A stretch of 61,873 bases of DNA, filler included. It is 6 parts of 6 records of this genome, joined end to end, with 100 filler letters (N's around TTAATTAATTAA, not from the genome) between each part and the next. Parts side by side here need not be neighbours in the genome. Positions count along the whole stretch, not along the records: positions 1 to 16,647 come from SRR31147125_31233; positions 16,748 to 22,372 come from SRR31147125_31365; 4 more parts are not named here. The stretch is one strand, 5' to 3'. The position numbers and the translations under genes are program-made. The notes under the pieces were generated by a model. The model was not told the DNA's origin, searched no databases, and saw only the letters and a program-made list of their open reading frames with translations. Shown here piece by piece: positions 9,617 through 18,127 of the stretch; the stretch's first letter is position 1, and each line of letters starts with the position of its first letter.

Positions 9617-11752
9617 CTATGTTTGAAGTTCGGAAAGCCTCAGGTCAAAAGGGGCTGACTTCTTTTCAAGTTCATTCATATTATCTTCAAGGGATTCAAA
9701 CCGAGCATCGATTTCCGACTGACATCGGGCAATTTTCCGCCCAAGCTCCGCAATGGCTTCGCCATCCATCTTTTCGGATGCATCCTGCATCTCTTGATGA
9801 AGGGTTTCCAACTGAACTTCACAGGCTTCAATGGCTGTTTCATCTTTTGCAATGGCTTTTTCCAGTGGTCCCACCACCTTGGATCGCTCTTTGACAACTT
9901 CGGATCGCAATTTGCGCATCTCTTTTTTGGAAATTTTCTGATCCGGTATAGGGTTGCTTCGGGCCCCTCCTTTTCCGGTATCCTTTCCAGCTCTTCCGCC
10001 ACCGGCTTTTTCACTACTTTCAACGCCGGCATCACCGACACCGGCCCTTTTTGCTTCTGATGTCAAATGGATCGAAGAAGATTTTCCCTGCTTGACTTGT
10101 GCACTTCTTCCTGTGGATTGCCCTTTGGAATCTCTCGAAGTCTCTTCCCACCCCTCTTTTTCCAGAAATTCCCGGTATGATCCTTCAAATATATAGGTGG
10201 TGTTGTTTTTAAAAACAACCAACCGATTGGCCAGGGAATGAAGCAACATTTCGTTATGGGTGACCAGCAGCACCGCCCCCTTGAAATTATCCAGAGCCAG
10301 CAGCAATGAATCACAGGACTCCATATCAAGATGGTTGGTGGGCTCATCCAGCATCAGAAGATTCAGCGGTTCTGCCAGAAGCTTCGCCAACATCACGCGA
10401 CTCTTCTCACCACCGGAAAGAACGGAAATGCGTTTCAATGCATTCTCCCCTTCAAACATCATGGCCCCGCAAATATTTCTTGCCTGCTGACGATCGACAT
10501 CCGGGTGGGAATAGAGAATTTCTTCTTCAATGGTGGCATTGGGATTGAGTGATTGCACATTAGTCTGCTCAAAATAGCCTTTGAAGACACCGGGATTGTA
10601 TCGCACCGTTCCACTGTCGGGTGTCAATCGACTGGAGAAAATTTTGAGCAGCGTGGTTTTCCCCTTACCGTTTTTACCAATAATGGCGATTCGGTCTTCC
10701 GGAGAGACCGTCATGCTGAAATCTTGAATGAGAGGTCGGTTATCAGGGCCGGCGTTTGAATTCGAGTTTGTATTTTCATTGACATCATTAAGGGGAGTCC
10801 CGGCACCGGTTATGTTTTCACTACATTGGGAGTCTTTGTTTCGGATGTCCGATGAACCATCCATACCATCATTATTGTAGGAAAATGTTATCCCTTCAAC
10901 CTCCATGATTTTCTTACCTGAAAAGTCTCTATCTCTAAACGAGAACTCCAGGTTTTCGATTTTTTTCAGCCCATCCTTCTTTTCCATCCTGGCCAGGGAT
11001 TTGACCCTGGACTGGACAAGTCCGGCCAATCTGGCTTTGGCTCGAAACCGGGTGATAAAGAGCTCCATCTCTTTGCGGCGCTTTTCTTCATTGAGCCTTG
11101 TTTTCTCGTAAATCTCTTCATCCTGAGCGATCTGCTCGTAATATTTGCCGGTATCTCCGGCAATCTTACGGATACCGTGCCGATGAATACCGGCAATATG
11201 GGTCACTATGCCGTCCATGAAACCGCGATCATGGGTCACCAGCAGAATTTCCCGTTGCCAATTGCGTAAAAAACCGGAAATCCAGCGAATGGAAACAATA
11301 TCCAAATAGTTGGTCGGCTCATCGAGAATCAAGAGATCCGGATCCGACACCAACACCTTGGCTAACGTCAACCGAACCTGATATCCTCCTGAAAAGTCAG
11401 CCGGAGAGTGGAGCATCTCCTCATCTGAAAACCCGAGACCGGATAATATTTTTTCCGCTTTCCAGTAGTGATCCGATTCATGCTCGGGCAGCCCCAACAT
11501 GCACTCTTTCAATACCGTATCCCGGGTGAAGTGGATATGTTGCGTCAAATACCCCATGCGGTAATCACCGGGTATTTGAATGCGACCGCTGTCAGGATCT
11601 TCCTGATTTGTCAGCATCCTGAGAAGGGTTGTTTTGCCGTGGCCGTTCCGTCCGACAAGTCCGACCTTCTCTCCGGGATTGATTTGGAGGGAAGCCTCTT
11701 GCAGAAGCGTTTGACTGCCGTATGATTTTGAGATGGAATCAAGATTGATCAT
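9617..11752 (-). CDS. ABC-F family ATP-binding protein (YheS/Uup-like) with C-terminal coiled coil
   Basis: Two ABC domains (GRNGHGKTT/FSGG/LDEPTNYLD and GKNGKGKTT/LSGGE/LDEPTNHLD), no TM segments. Confidence 0.9.
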   Translation of the reverse strand: MINLDSISKSYGSQTLLQEASLQINPGEKVGLVGRNGHGKTTLLRMLTNQEDPDSGRIQIPGDYRMGYLTQHIHFTRDTVLKECMLGLPEHESDHYWKAEKILSGLGFSDEEMLHSPADFSGGYQVRLTLAKVLVSDPDLLILDEPTNYLDIVSIRWISGFLRNWQREILLVTHDRGFMDGIVTHIAGIHRHGIRKIAGDTGKYYEQIAQDEEIYEKTRLNEEKRRKEMELFITRFRAKARLAGLVQSRVKSLARMEKKDGLKKIENLEFSFRDRDFSGKKIMEVEGITFSYNNDGMDGSSDIRNKDSQCSENITGAGTPLNDVNENTNSNSNAGPDNRPLIQDFSMTVSPEDRIAIIGKNGKGKTTLLKIFSSRLTPDSGTVRYNPGVFKGYFEQTNVQSLNPNATIEEEILYSHPDVDRQQARNICGAMMFEGENALKRISVLSGGEKSRVMLAKLLAEPLNLLMLDEPTNHLDMESCDSLLLALDNFKGAVLLVTHNEMLLHSLANRLVVFKNNTTYIFEGSYREFLEKEGWEETSRDSKGQSTGRSAQVKQGKSSSIHLTSEAKRAGVGDAGVESSEKAGGGRAGKDTGKGGARSNPIPDQKISKKEMRKLRSEVVKERSKVVGPLEKAIAKDETAIEACEVQLETLHQEMQDASEKMDGEAIAELGRKIARCQSEIDARFESLEDNMNELEKKSAPFDLRLSELQT

Positions 11753-11814
11753 TTTGCTTTTTTATGTGAATCTCCCATCGGGTATTTTCAGAGAGTCGTA
11801 GTCTATTTGTGAGC

Positions 11815-11832
11815 TGAGGCAACGTTGCCTCA
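11815..11832. promoter_or_regulatory. Perfect 18-bp palindrome in the divergent ABC-F/ppdK intergenic region; possible operator
   Basis: TGAGGCAACGTTGCCTCA is its own reverse complement and has no U-tract. Confidence 0.4.
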
Positions 11833-12082
11833 TTGAAAAGAATAATATCCTTGACTTGAAGCATGTTTTTAGATTTTATTAGCAAAAAATTTGACGCCAT
11901 AGGGCGTTGTCAGATTGCCAATTTCAGGCCTTTTTTCAAGGGTTTTCTTCAATCACACGTTATGAACTGCGCATCAGTTATTACCGCTGCAGACCGATCC
12001 GTCATGGTCGTTATACGTAATTTATCCCATGAAAACAATCAAAAATATGCGTTCCAAAGCTATCAAAGACAAGGACACCAAA

Positions 12083-14797
12083 ATGACAAAATACATATAC
12101 AGTTTCGGAGACGGGAAAGCGGAAGGAAACGCTTCCGAAAAAAATCTTCTTGGCGGTAAAGGGGCCAACCTTGCAGAAATGGCGATTCTCGGACTTCCGG
12201 TACCTGCCGGATTTACCCTCTCAACAGAGTGTTGCATCGCCTATTTTGAATCCGGCGGAACCTTTCCGGAGACGTTGGAACAGGAATTGAGAGCGGCCAT
12301 GACAGGCATTGAAACCGCCATGGGAAAAAAATTTGGTGACCCGGACAATCCGCTACTGGTATCCTGTCGATCCGGTGCCAGAAAATCCATGCCCGGAATG
12401 ATGGAAACGGTGCTCAATGTCGGCCTTTGCTCCAAAACCATCCCCGGATTGATTGAGCAAACCGGGAATGAGTGGTTTGTCTACGATGCCTACCGACGAC
12501 TCATCATGATGTATTCCGACGTGGTCATGGAAAAGGCGGAAGACATCGAGCCCCAGGACGGTATGGGAATTCGCCTTCATCTGGAAATGATGCTCAATGA
12601 TCTCAAAAACGACAAAGGGTACAACTCCGACTCTGAAATTACCGCTGAAGAGATGAAAACCCTTTGTGACAAATTCAAGCGCAAAGTCAATGAGCAGCTG
12701 GGAAAGGAATTTCCCGACAATCCCCATGATCAGCTCATGGGATCCATTGGTGCGGTGTTTAAAAGCTGGAATGGGAAAAGAGCGGTCTCCTATCGCCGCA
12801 TCGAGCATATTCCGGACAGCTGGGGAACCGCGGTCAACGTGCAAAGCATGGTTTTCGGAAACATGGGAGACAATTCCGCCACCGGTGTCGCCTTTACCCG
12901 GGATCCGGCCACCGGTACCAATCGCTTTTACGGAGAATGGCTCCCCAATGCCCAAGGGGAAGACGTGGTCGCCGGAATTCGAACCCCGAACCCATTGAAT
13001 GACGACAACAAATCCGATCACAACAAAGCGCTCCCCTCCCTTGAAGAGATGATGCCTGAAATTTATAAAGAGCTTGTGGAGATCCGATCGACCCTGGAAA
13101 ATCATTATAAGGATATGCAGGATATCGAGTTCACCATCCAGCAGGGGATCCTCTATATGCTCCAGTGCCGGGTGGGAAAACGGACAGGAACGGCGGCCCT
13201 CAACATGGCCATGGATATGTTTTACGAGGGCATGATCGATGAGCCCACCATGATCTCCCGTCTCAATCCCAAACAGCTCGACGAGATGCTTCACCCCATT
13301 GTCGATCCCGATGCGGAAAAAAGTGCTACCGTTGTGGCACAAGGACTTCCAGCCGGTCCCGGCGGTGCATTTGGTCAGATTGTTTTCACTTCGGAAGATG
13401 CCGTGCATTGGAAACGGACCGGCAAAAAAGTGATCCTGATTCGAGACGAAACCAATCCCGAAGATATCGAAGGCATGAGAGCGGCCCGGGGAATTCTCAC
13501 CGCCCGAGGCGGCATGACCAGCCACGCGGCTCTTGTTGCCAGAGGATGGGGAAAATGCTGCATTGTCGGTGCGTCTGCGTTAAAAATCAACTGCGCCGCC
13601 AAGGAGCTCCATGTGGGCTCCAAAGTGCTTAAAGAGGGCGATTTTCTAACCATGAACGGTACCAAAGGCGTGGTTTACGAAGGCCAAATCAAGATGCAGG
13701 ATGCCACAGCCAATCCCAAATTCAAAAAATTCATGGAGATGGCAGATAAATACCGTACCATGAGGGTCAGAACCAATGCCGAGACCCCTAAAGATGCGGC
13801 TCAAGCCCTTGAGTTTGGTGCCGAAGGTATCGGTCTTTTTAGAACCGAACATATGTTCTACGGTGCCGACTCCGATCACCCGCTCTTCTTACTCCGGAAA
13901 ATGATCCTCAGCAAAACCCGCCATGAGCGAGAGATGGCGTTGAACGAACTTTTCCCCTTTGTGAAGCAGGAGATCAAACGGACGTTAGATGTCATGGACG
14001 GCAAGCCGGTAAACTTCAGGCTTCTGGATCCGCCGCTCCACGAATTTATTCCCCAGGGAGAAGAAAATCTGGATGAACTCTCCAAAGAGCTGGGTATCGA
14101 TACCGAAGAGATAGACAAGCGCTGTGAAGCGCTTCTGGAGTCCAATCCCATGATGGGTCACCGGGGGGTCCGCCTGGGAATCACCTATCCTGAAATCACG
14201 GAGATGCAGATCAAAGCGATCTTTGAAGCATCAGCCGAACTGATCAAGGACGGCAAGCAACCCATTCCCGAGATCATGGTCCCGGTCACCTGTAATGAAC
14301 ATGAGCTGACCTTTACCAAAGCGTTGGCAGTCAAAGTGTATCAATCTGTTTTAGAGACGTTTGGCCTGGAGCGCATCGCCCATCAATTCGGTACCATGAT
14401 CGAGATTCCCCGAGCCGCACTCATGTCCCATAAAATGGCGGAAGATGCGGAATTTTTCTCATTCGGCACCAACGATCTGACCCAGATGACATTCGGATTC
14501 AGTCGAGACGACATCGGATCCTTCATGAACGACTATATCGACAACGCCATTCTGGATGCCGACCCCTTTGCCACCCTTGACCAGGAAGCGGTGGGGGCCT
14601 TGATCGAAACATCCGTAGAAAGGGGAAGAGCCACAAGACCCGACTTGAAGCTGGGCATTTGCGGTGAGCACGGCGGGGATCCCGACTCCATCGATTTTTG
14701 CCACAGAACCGGACTCACCTATGTAAGCTGCTCGCCTTACAGGGTGCCTGTTGCCCGTCTGGCTGCAGCCCAGGCAGCCATTAAATACGGCAAATAA
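12083..14797 (+). CDS. ppdK: Pyruvate, phosphate dikinase
   Basis: LLGGKGANLAEM, SMPGMM, GGMTSHAA (phospho-His), GIGLFRTEHMF, SFGTNDLTQ and GICGEHGG. Start placed at MTKYIY (12083) behind AAGGA. Confidence 0.96.
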   Translation: MTKYIYSFGDGKAEGNASEKNLLGGKGANLAEMAILGLPVPAGFTLSTECCIAYFESGGTFPETLEQELRAAMTGIETAMGKKFGDPDNPLLVSCRSGARKSMPGMMETVLNVGLCSKTIPGLIEQTGNEWFVYDAYRRLIMMYSDVVMEKAEDIEPQDGMGIRLHLEMMLNDLKNDKGYNSDSEITAEEMKTLCDKFKRKVNEQLGKEFPDNPHDQLMGSIGAVFKSWNGKRAVSYRRIEHIPDSWGTAVNVQSMVFGNMGDNSATGVAFTRDPATGTNRFYGEWLPNAQGEDVVAGIRTPNPLNDDNKSDHNKALPSLEEMMPEIYKELVEIRSTLENHYKDMQDIEFTIQQGILYMLQCRVGKRTGTAALNMAMDMFYEGMIDEPTMISRLNPKQLDEMLHPIVDPDAEKSATVVAQGLPAGPGGAFGQIVFTSEDAVHWKRTGKKVILIRDETNPEDIEGMRAARGILTARGGMTSHAALVARGWGKCCIVGASALKINCAAKELHVGSKVLKEGDFLTMNGTKGVVYEGQIKMQDATANPKFKKFMEMADKYRTMRVRTNAETPKDAAQALEFGAEGIGLFRTEHMFYGADSDHPLFLLRKMILSKTRHEREMALNELFPFVKQEIKRTLDVMDGKPVNFRLLDPPLHEFIPQGEENLDELSKELGIDTEEIDKRCEALLESNPMMGHRGVRLGITYPEITEMQIKAIFEASAELIKDGKQPIPEIMVPVTCNEHELTFTKALAVKVYQSVLETFGLERIAHQFGTMIEIPRAALMSHKMAEDAEFFSFGTNDLTQMTFGFSRDDIGSFMNDYIDNAILDADPFATLDQEAVGALIETSVERGRATRPDLKLGICGEHGGDPDSIDFCHRTGLTYVSCSPYRVPVARLAAAQAAIKYGK

Positions 14798-14821
14798 ATT
14801 TAATTTTGGAATTACAAAACC

Positions 14822-14852
14822 GAGACTCATGTCATGAGAGTCTCATTTTTTT
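14822..14852 (+). terminator. Intrinsic terminator after ppdK
   Basis: GAGACTC-N9-GAGTCTC followed by ATTTTTTT. Confidence 0.65.
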
Positions 14853-14880
14853 ATTTTATATATTTTTTAGGAGGAAATAA

Positions 14881-16455
14881 ATGAGTAACAAGCAGCCGGA
14901 TGGACAGAATACCCTGTTTATCTTTGTTCTAATCCTGATTGCAGCCTTGACCATTTCGATCATGCCGTCGGACAAGGATGACCAACATGAACCCACACTG
15001 ATGGAGATGATCCCGTCCGTTACCAATCGCCATGTGGTGACACCCGAGCCCCATGCCGATGCGCGCCACGTTGCGGCCAAATCAACTGCCGGTGAAGCTT
15101 CCCATGCCGTTGTTGAACATAAAGCGGAAGTCTCCCATCCTGAGGAAGCTCACAGTGCAGACACCCATGTGGCAACAGCAGAAACATCCCATGCGAAAGA
15201 GAGCCATGACGCAGTCGAATCTGAGTCTGCCAAAACCGACGCTCACCATGGCCAGGAAGAGGAAAAAGCAGAGGCAACTCATGAAGTGCCGGCAGCTGAC
15301 GCACAAAACAAACCCGCCGATGCCCATGAAGGTGAGGAAAAAGCGACTAGCCATGCAGCTGAAGAAGCCGCAACCGAACCTGCAGTCGCTGGGGAAGAAG
15401 CCCCTGAGAAGAGCGCAGAAGCGGCTCCGGCCGGCAGTTCGGAAGTGGTCGATGTCATTGCAATGGAGAGTGCCGTTTATGACAAGCATAAAAAAGACAT
15501 TGTTCACTTCACCCATGAAAACCACATTGAAGCCTATTCCATCTCATGTGGAGAATGTCACCATGATGATTCCGGTCACCCCCTTGCAGAATTGAAAATG
15601 GGCGATCCGGTTGAAAAGTGCAGTGCCTGTCATGATAAGGTCGGAAAAGCTCCCAAAGGAATTTCAGCTGCTGAAAAACTCGAATTCCACAAGGAGGCCC
15701 TCCACAAAAACTGTATTCAGTGCCATAAGGACCACAACAAAGCCAATAACACCAAGGCGGCGCCGGCTTCTTGTAAACAGTGCCATGCCAAAGGGGCTGC
15801 AGTGGAAACAGCGGCCAAAGAGGCAACTGCACCTGCGGCTGAACCGGAAGCACATGAATCAAAAGAAAAAGACGCCACAAATGGAAAAGAGGCACAAGCC
15901 GCCACTGAAGAAGCGGGGGAGTCCCATGCAAAAGTAGAGGAAACGCCTCATAAAGAGGACGCGGCAACAGAAGAAAAACCCGCTGCAGAAAAGTCAGAAG
16001 CCCATGCTCCTGCAGCAGAAGCTGAAAAACCGGCTGAAGCAGCGGCTGCCCCCGCCGAAACAGCCGCACCCCAAGCAGCTGCCGGAAACGCTGAAGTTGC
16101 CGACATAATTGCCATGGAAAGTGCCGTTTATGAGAAACACAAAAAGGGGATTGTTCAATTTTCCCATAAAAAGCATTTTGGGGATTATGCCGTTGCATGT
16201 GGTGAGTGTCATCATGATGATAAAGGGCAACCGCTTACGGAATTGAAACTTGGAGAGCCCGTTGAGAAATGCTCTGCCTGTCATACAAAAACAGGCAAAG
16301 CCCCAAAAGAGGCTTCAACAGCAGAAAAACTTGAATTTCACAAAGAAGCCCTTCACAAAAATTGTATTCAGTGCCACAAGGATTTCAACAAGAAAAACAA
16401 CACCAAGGCAGCACCGGCTTCTTGTAAACAGTGTCATCCGAAAACCAAGAAGTAA
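14881..16455 (+). CDS. Membrane-anchored octaheme protein: two cytochrome c3 (class III) domains on long Ala/Glu/His-rich linkers
   Basis: N-terminal hydrophobic helix; eight CxxCH motifs in two blocks (CGECHH, CSACH, CIQCH, CKQCH twice), each with the c3-type F.H..H and ALH distal ligands; RBS AGGAGG. Confidence 0.9.
   Translation: MSNKQPDGQNTLFIFVLILIAALTISIMPSDKDDQHEPTLMEMIPSVTNRHVVTPEPHADARHVAAKSTAGEASHAVVEHKAEVSHPEEAHSADTHVATAETSHAKESHDAVESESAKTDAHHGQEEEKAEATHEVPAADAQNKPADAHEGEEKATSHAAEEAATEPAVAGEEAPEKSAEAAPAGSSEVVDVIAMESAVYDKHKKDIVHFTHENHIEAYSISCGECHHDDSGHPLAELKMGDPVEKCSACHDKVGKAPKGISAAEKLEFHKEALHKNCIQCHKDHNKANNTKAAPASCKQCHAKGAAVETAAKEATAPAAEPEAHESKEKDATNGKEAQAATEEAGESHAKVEETPHKEDAATEEKPAAEKSEAHAPAAEAEKPAEAAAAPAETAAPQAAAGNAEVADIIAMESAVYEKHKKGIVQFSHKKHFGDYAVACGECHHDDKGQPLTELKLGEPVEKCSACHTKTGKAPKEASTAEKLEFHKEALHKNCIQCHKDFNKKNNTKAAPASCKQCHPKTKK
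15442..16437 (+). repeat. Intragenic duplication of a 345-bp c3 domain (15442-15786 and 16093-16437)
   Basis: The two 115-aa domains align without gaps; a manual count gives 26 differences (about 77% identity). Confidence 0.9.
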
Positions 16456-16555
16456 CCCCCAATGTCGGTCGGTACATGATGACAGGTGAGTAAAGTTGAA
16501 ACTTCTCAAGCCAATCACCTAATCACCTGCAGAAATCCGCTGAAGAGCTAATTCT

Positions 16556-16606
16556 AAAAAAAGCCGGGAAATGTCGACGTTCAGTCACATTTCCCGGCTT
16601 TTTTTT
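16556..16606. terminator. Bidirectional intrinsic terminator
   Basis: A7-GCCGGGAAATGT...ACATTTCCCGGC-T8. Confidence 0.85.
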
Positions 16607-16647
16607 ACTTAGGAATCGATTTTTAATAACTTGCCCATTTACCTCAC

Positions 16648-16747
16648 NNNNNNNNNNNNNNNNNNNNNNNNNNNNNNNNNNNNNNNNNNNNTTAATTAAT
16701 TAANNNNNNNNNNNNNNNNNNNNNNNNNNNNNNNNNNNNNNNNNNNN
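16648..16747. other. Artificial contig linker
   Basis: N44-TTAATTAATTAA-N44 (stops in all six frames). Confidence 0.99.
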
Positions 16748-16837
16748 GACTGTTTTCAGAAAAGGCGTAACGCAGAAATTGGACTTTTCGGACAAGCACT
16801 AATTAAATACTACATGTTTAAGAGATGGTATCTCAGT

Positions 16838-17752
16838 TTAATCTTTATCATGCCGGCTTAAAATATTTCGAATCCAGTCCCAACTTTCGTCCCTGTATTT
16901 ACCTGGTATTAGTAACCATGTATCGCAATGTTCGTGTTGGGCATATTTATTTGGGAATTCTCCAAAAATTTCGGTGGTGTTTATATTCAAAAAACTGAAG
17001 TTTTGCGAATCAGAAAGCACTGATTCTACCCAACTTTTTGTACCGTATTCTTCTCCATTTTGAATAACAAGATAAGGGCGCCCATTCACCCTTTTTAATC
17101 GTTCAGCAGCTTCTTTTCTGTATTTTTCCAGCGGGCTACCCCATTTTGTTCCTCCCCAGGCTTTTACCCCGTCGAAGTGGTCGTGGGTAATAAAAGCAGT
17201 CCAGAGTTTGGCAACTTCATCGTCGTGCAGACCCAAATAGTTTACTGCAATTGCGCCTCTCGAAAAGCCACATAAAAACACGGCGTTGGTATCGCCTCCA
17301 AATTCTTCAATAATTTCAGGAACGTATTTTTTTGCGTATTCAACTGTTGCTTTTTCGTCGCCCCACCAGCTTAACTGATTTTCTGTTTTATTTTTAGCAA
17401 TGTAAGGCAAACTCACCCAAATAAATTTTCCGGCAGATAATCCAAAACCCAGTGCGGCATCTTCTACTTTCCCACTTGAACCCGATGGAGGAAAATAATT
17501 GCCCGTGTATTCAAATATTATTGGGTAACGTTTATTGTTCTTTTTCCAGTTTTTAGGCAAATATATAGTGTGGTAAATCTTGGTGCCGGCGTATTCTTTG
17601 GGCGTAACCAATGCCGTTTTTCCAGGTTCGGGGGTGTCATTCATTATTGCCGGAACTTTTAAGGTGTCAGAATTTGATATCTCAAATTTATACTGCCCTG
17701 ATGCAAAAAATGAACAAAAAATAAGAATGAAATAGATGCCGTATATTTTCAT
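16838..17752 (-). CDS. Secreted alpha/beta-hydrolase-fold protein
   Basis: Signal peptide; YLPKNW...YPIIFE motif; nucleophile elbow GFSRG. Confidence 0.7.
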   Translation of the reverse strand: MKIYGIYFILIFCSFFASGQYKFEISNSDTLKVPAIMNDTPEPGKTALVTPKEYAGTKIYHTIYLPKNWKKNNKRYPIIFEYTGNYFPPSGSSGKVEDAALGFGLSAGKFIWVSLPYIAKNKTENQLSWWGDEKATVEYAKKYVPEIIEEFGGDTNAVFLCGFSRGAIAVNYLGLHDDEVAKLWTAFITHDHFDGVKAWGGTKWGSPLEKYRKEAAERLKRVNGRPYLVIQNGEEYGTKSWVESVLSDSQNFSFLNINTTEIFGEFPNKYAQHEHCDTWLLIPGKYRDESWDWIRNILSRHDKD

Positions 17753-17878
17753 GGAAAAGTTTGCTTTTATTCCCGAATGTGATTTTGGATTAAAGATAAG
17801 ATTTGCTTATTGTTTCAGTAGTATAAACTTGAATTATGAACAAAAACAAGGCTGTCTTGAAAGAGGGAGTTCATTGGT

Positions 17879-17926
17879 AAAAAAGAAACCGTTCCGTTTT
17901 ATTCAAGTAGATAAGGAACGGTTCCT
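17879..17926 (-). terminator. Probable terminator downstream of the DUF4838 gene
   Basis: AACCGTTCC/GGAACGGTT stem followed by TCTTTTTT on the minus strand. Confidence 0.5.
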
Positions 17927-17936
17927 TTGGCTTTAA

Positions 17937-18090
17937 AGATTGCTTCAGTTCACTGCGCTTCCTTCGCAATGACGAGCGCTATTATGCAACGTGCCGCGAA
18001 CCATAGCAAATTTTATTTGTACTGCATACTCAACGGTTCGTGGCTAGATATACAATAAAAACCGTCATTGCGAGCAGAGCGAAGCAATCT
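17937..18090. repeat. REP/MITE-like nested inverted repeat
   Basis: AGATTGCTTC (17937) pairs with GAAGCAATCT (18090); TCGCAATGACG pairs with CGTCATTGCGA; inner GCCGCGAACC pairs with GGTTCGTGGC. Confidence 0.75.
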
Positions 18091-18127
18091 TCTTCTCAAA
18101 AAAGATTATTACTCCCCAATATTTATC

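Noticed and set aside
12353-13525. 390-aa antisense ORF inside ppdK, and similar shadow ORFs (41072-41710, 43288-43896, 45587-46267, 15509-16198)
   Set aside because: Antisense shadows of well-conserved genes caused by codon bias; no recognisable motifs.
16692-16703. TTAATTAATTAA palindrome recurring five times
   Set aside because: Artificial six-frame-stop linker embedded in N runs; not biological.
16748-16801. Possible IS/MITE terminal sequence at the start of contig 2
   Set aside because: No transposase or matching inverted repeat in the window, so it cannot be supported.
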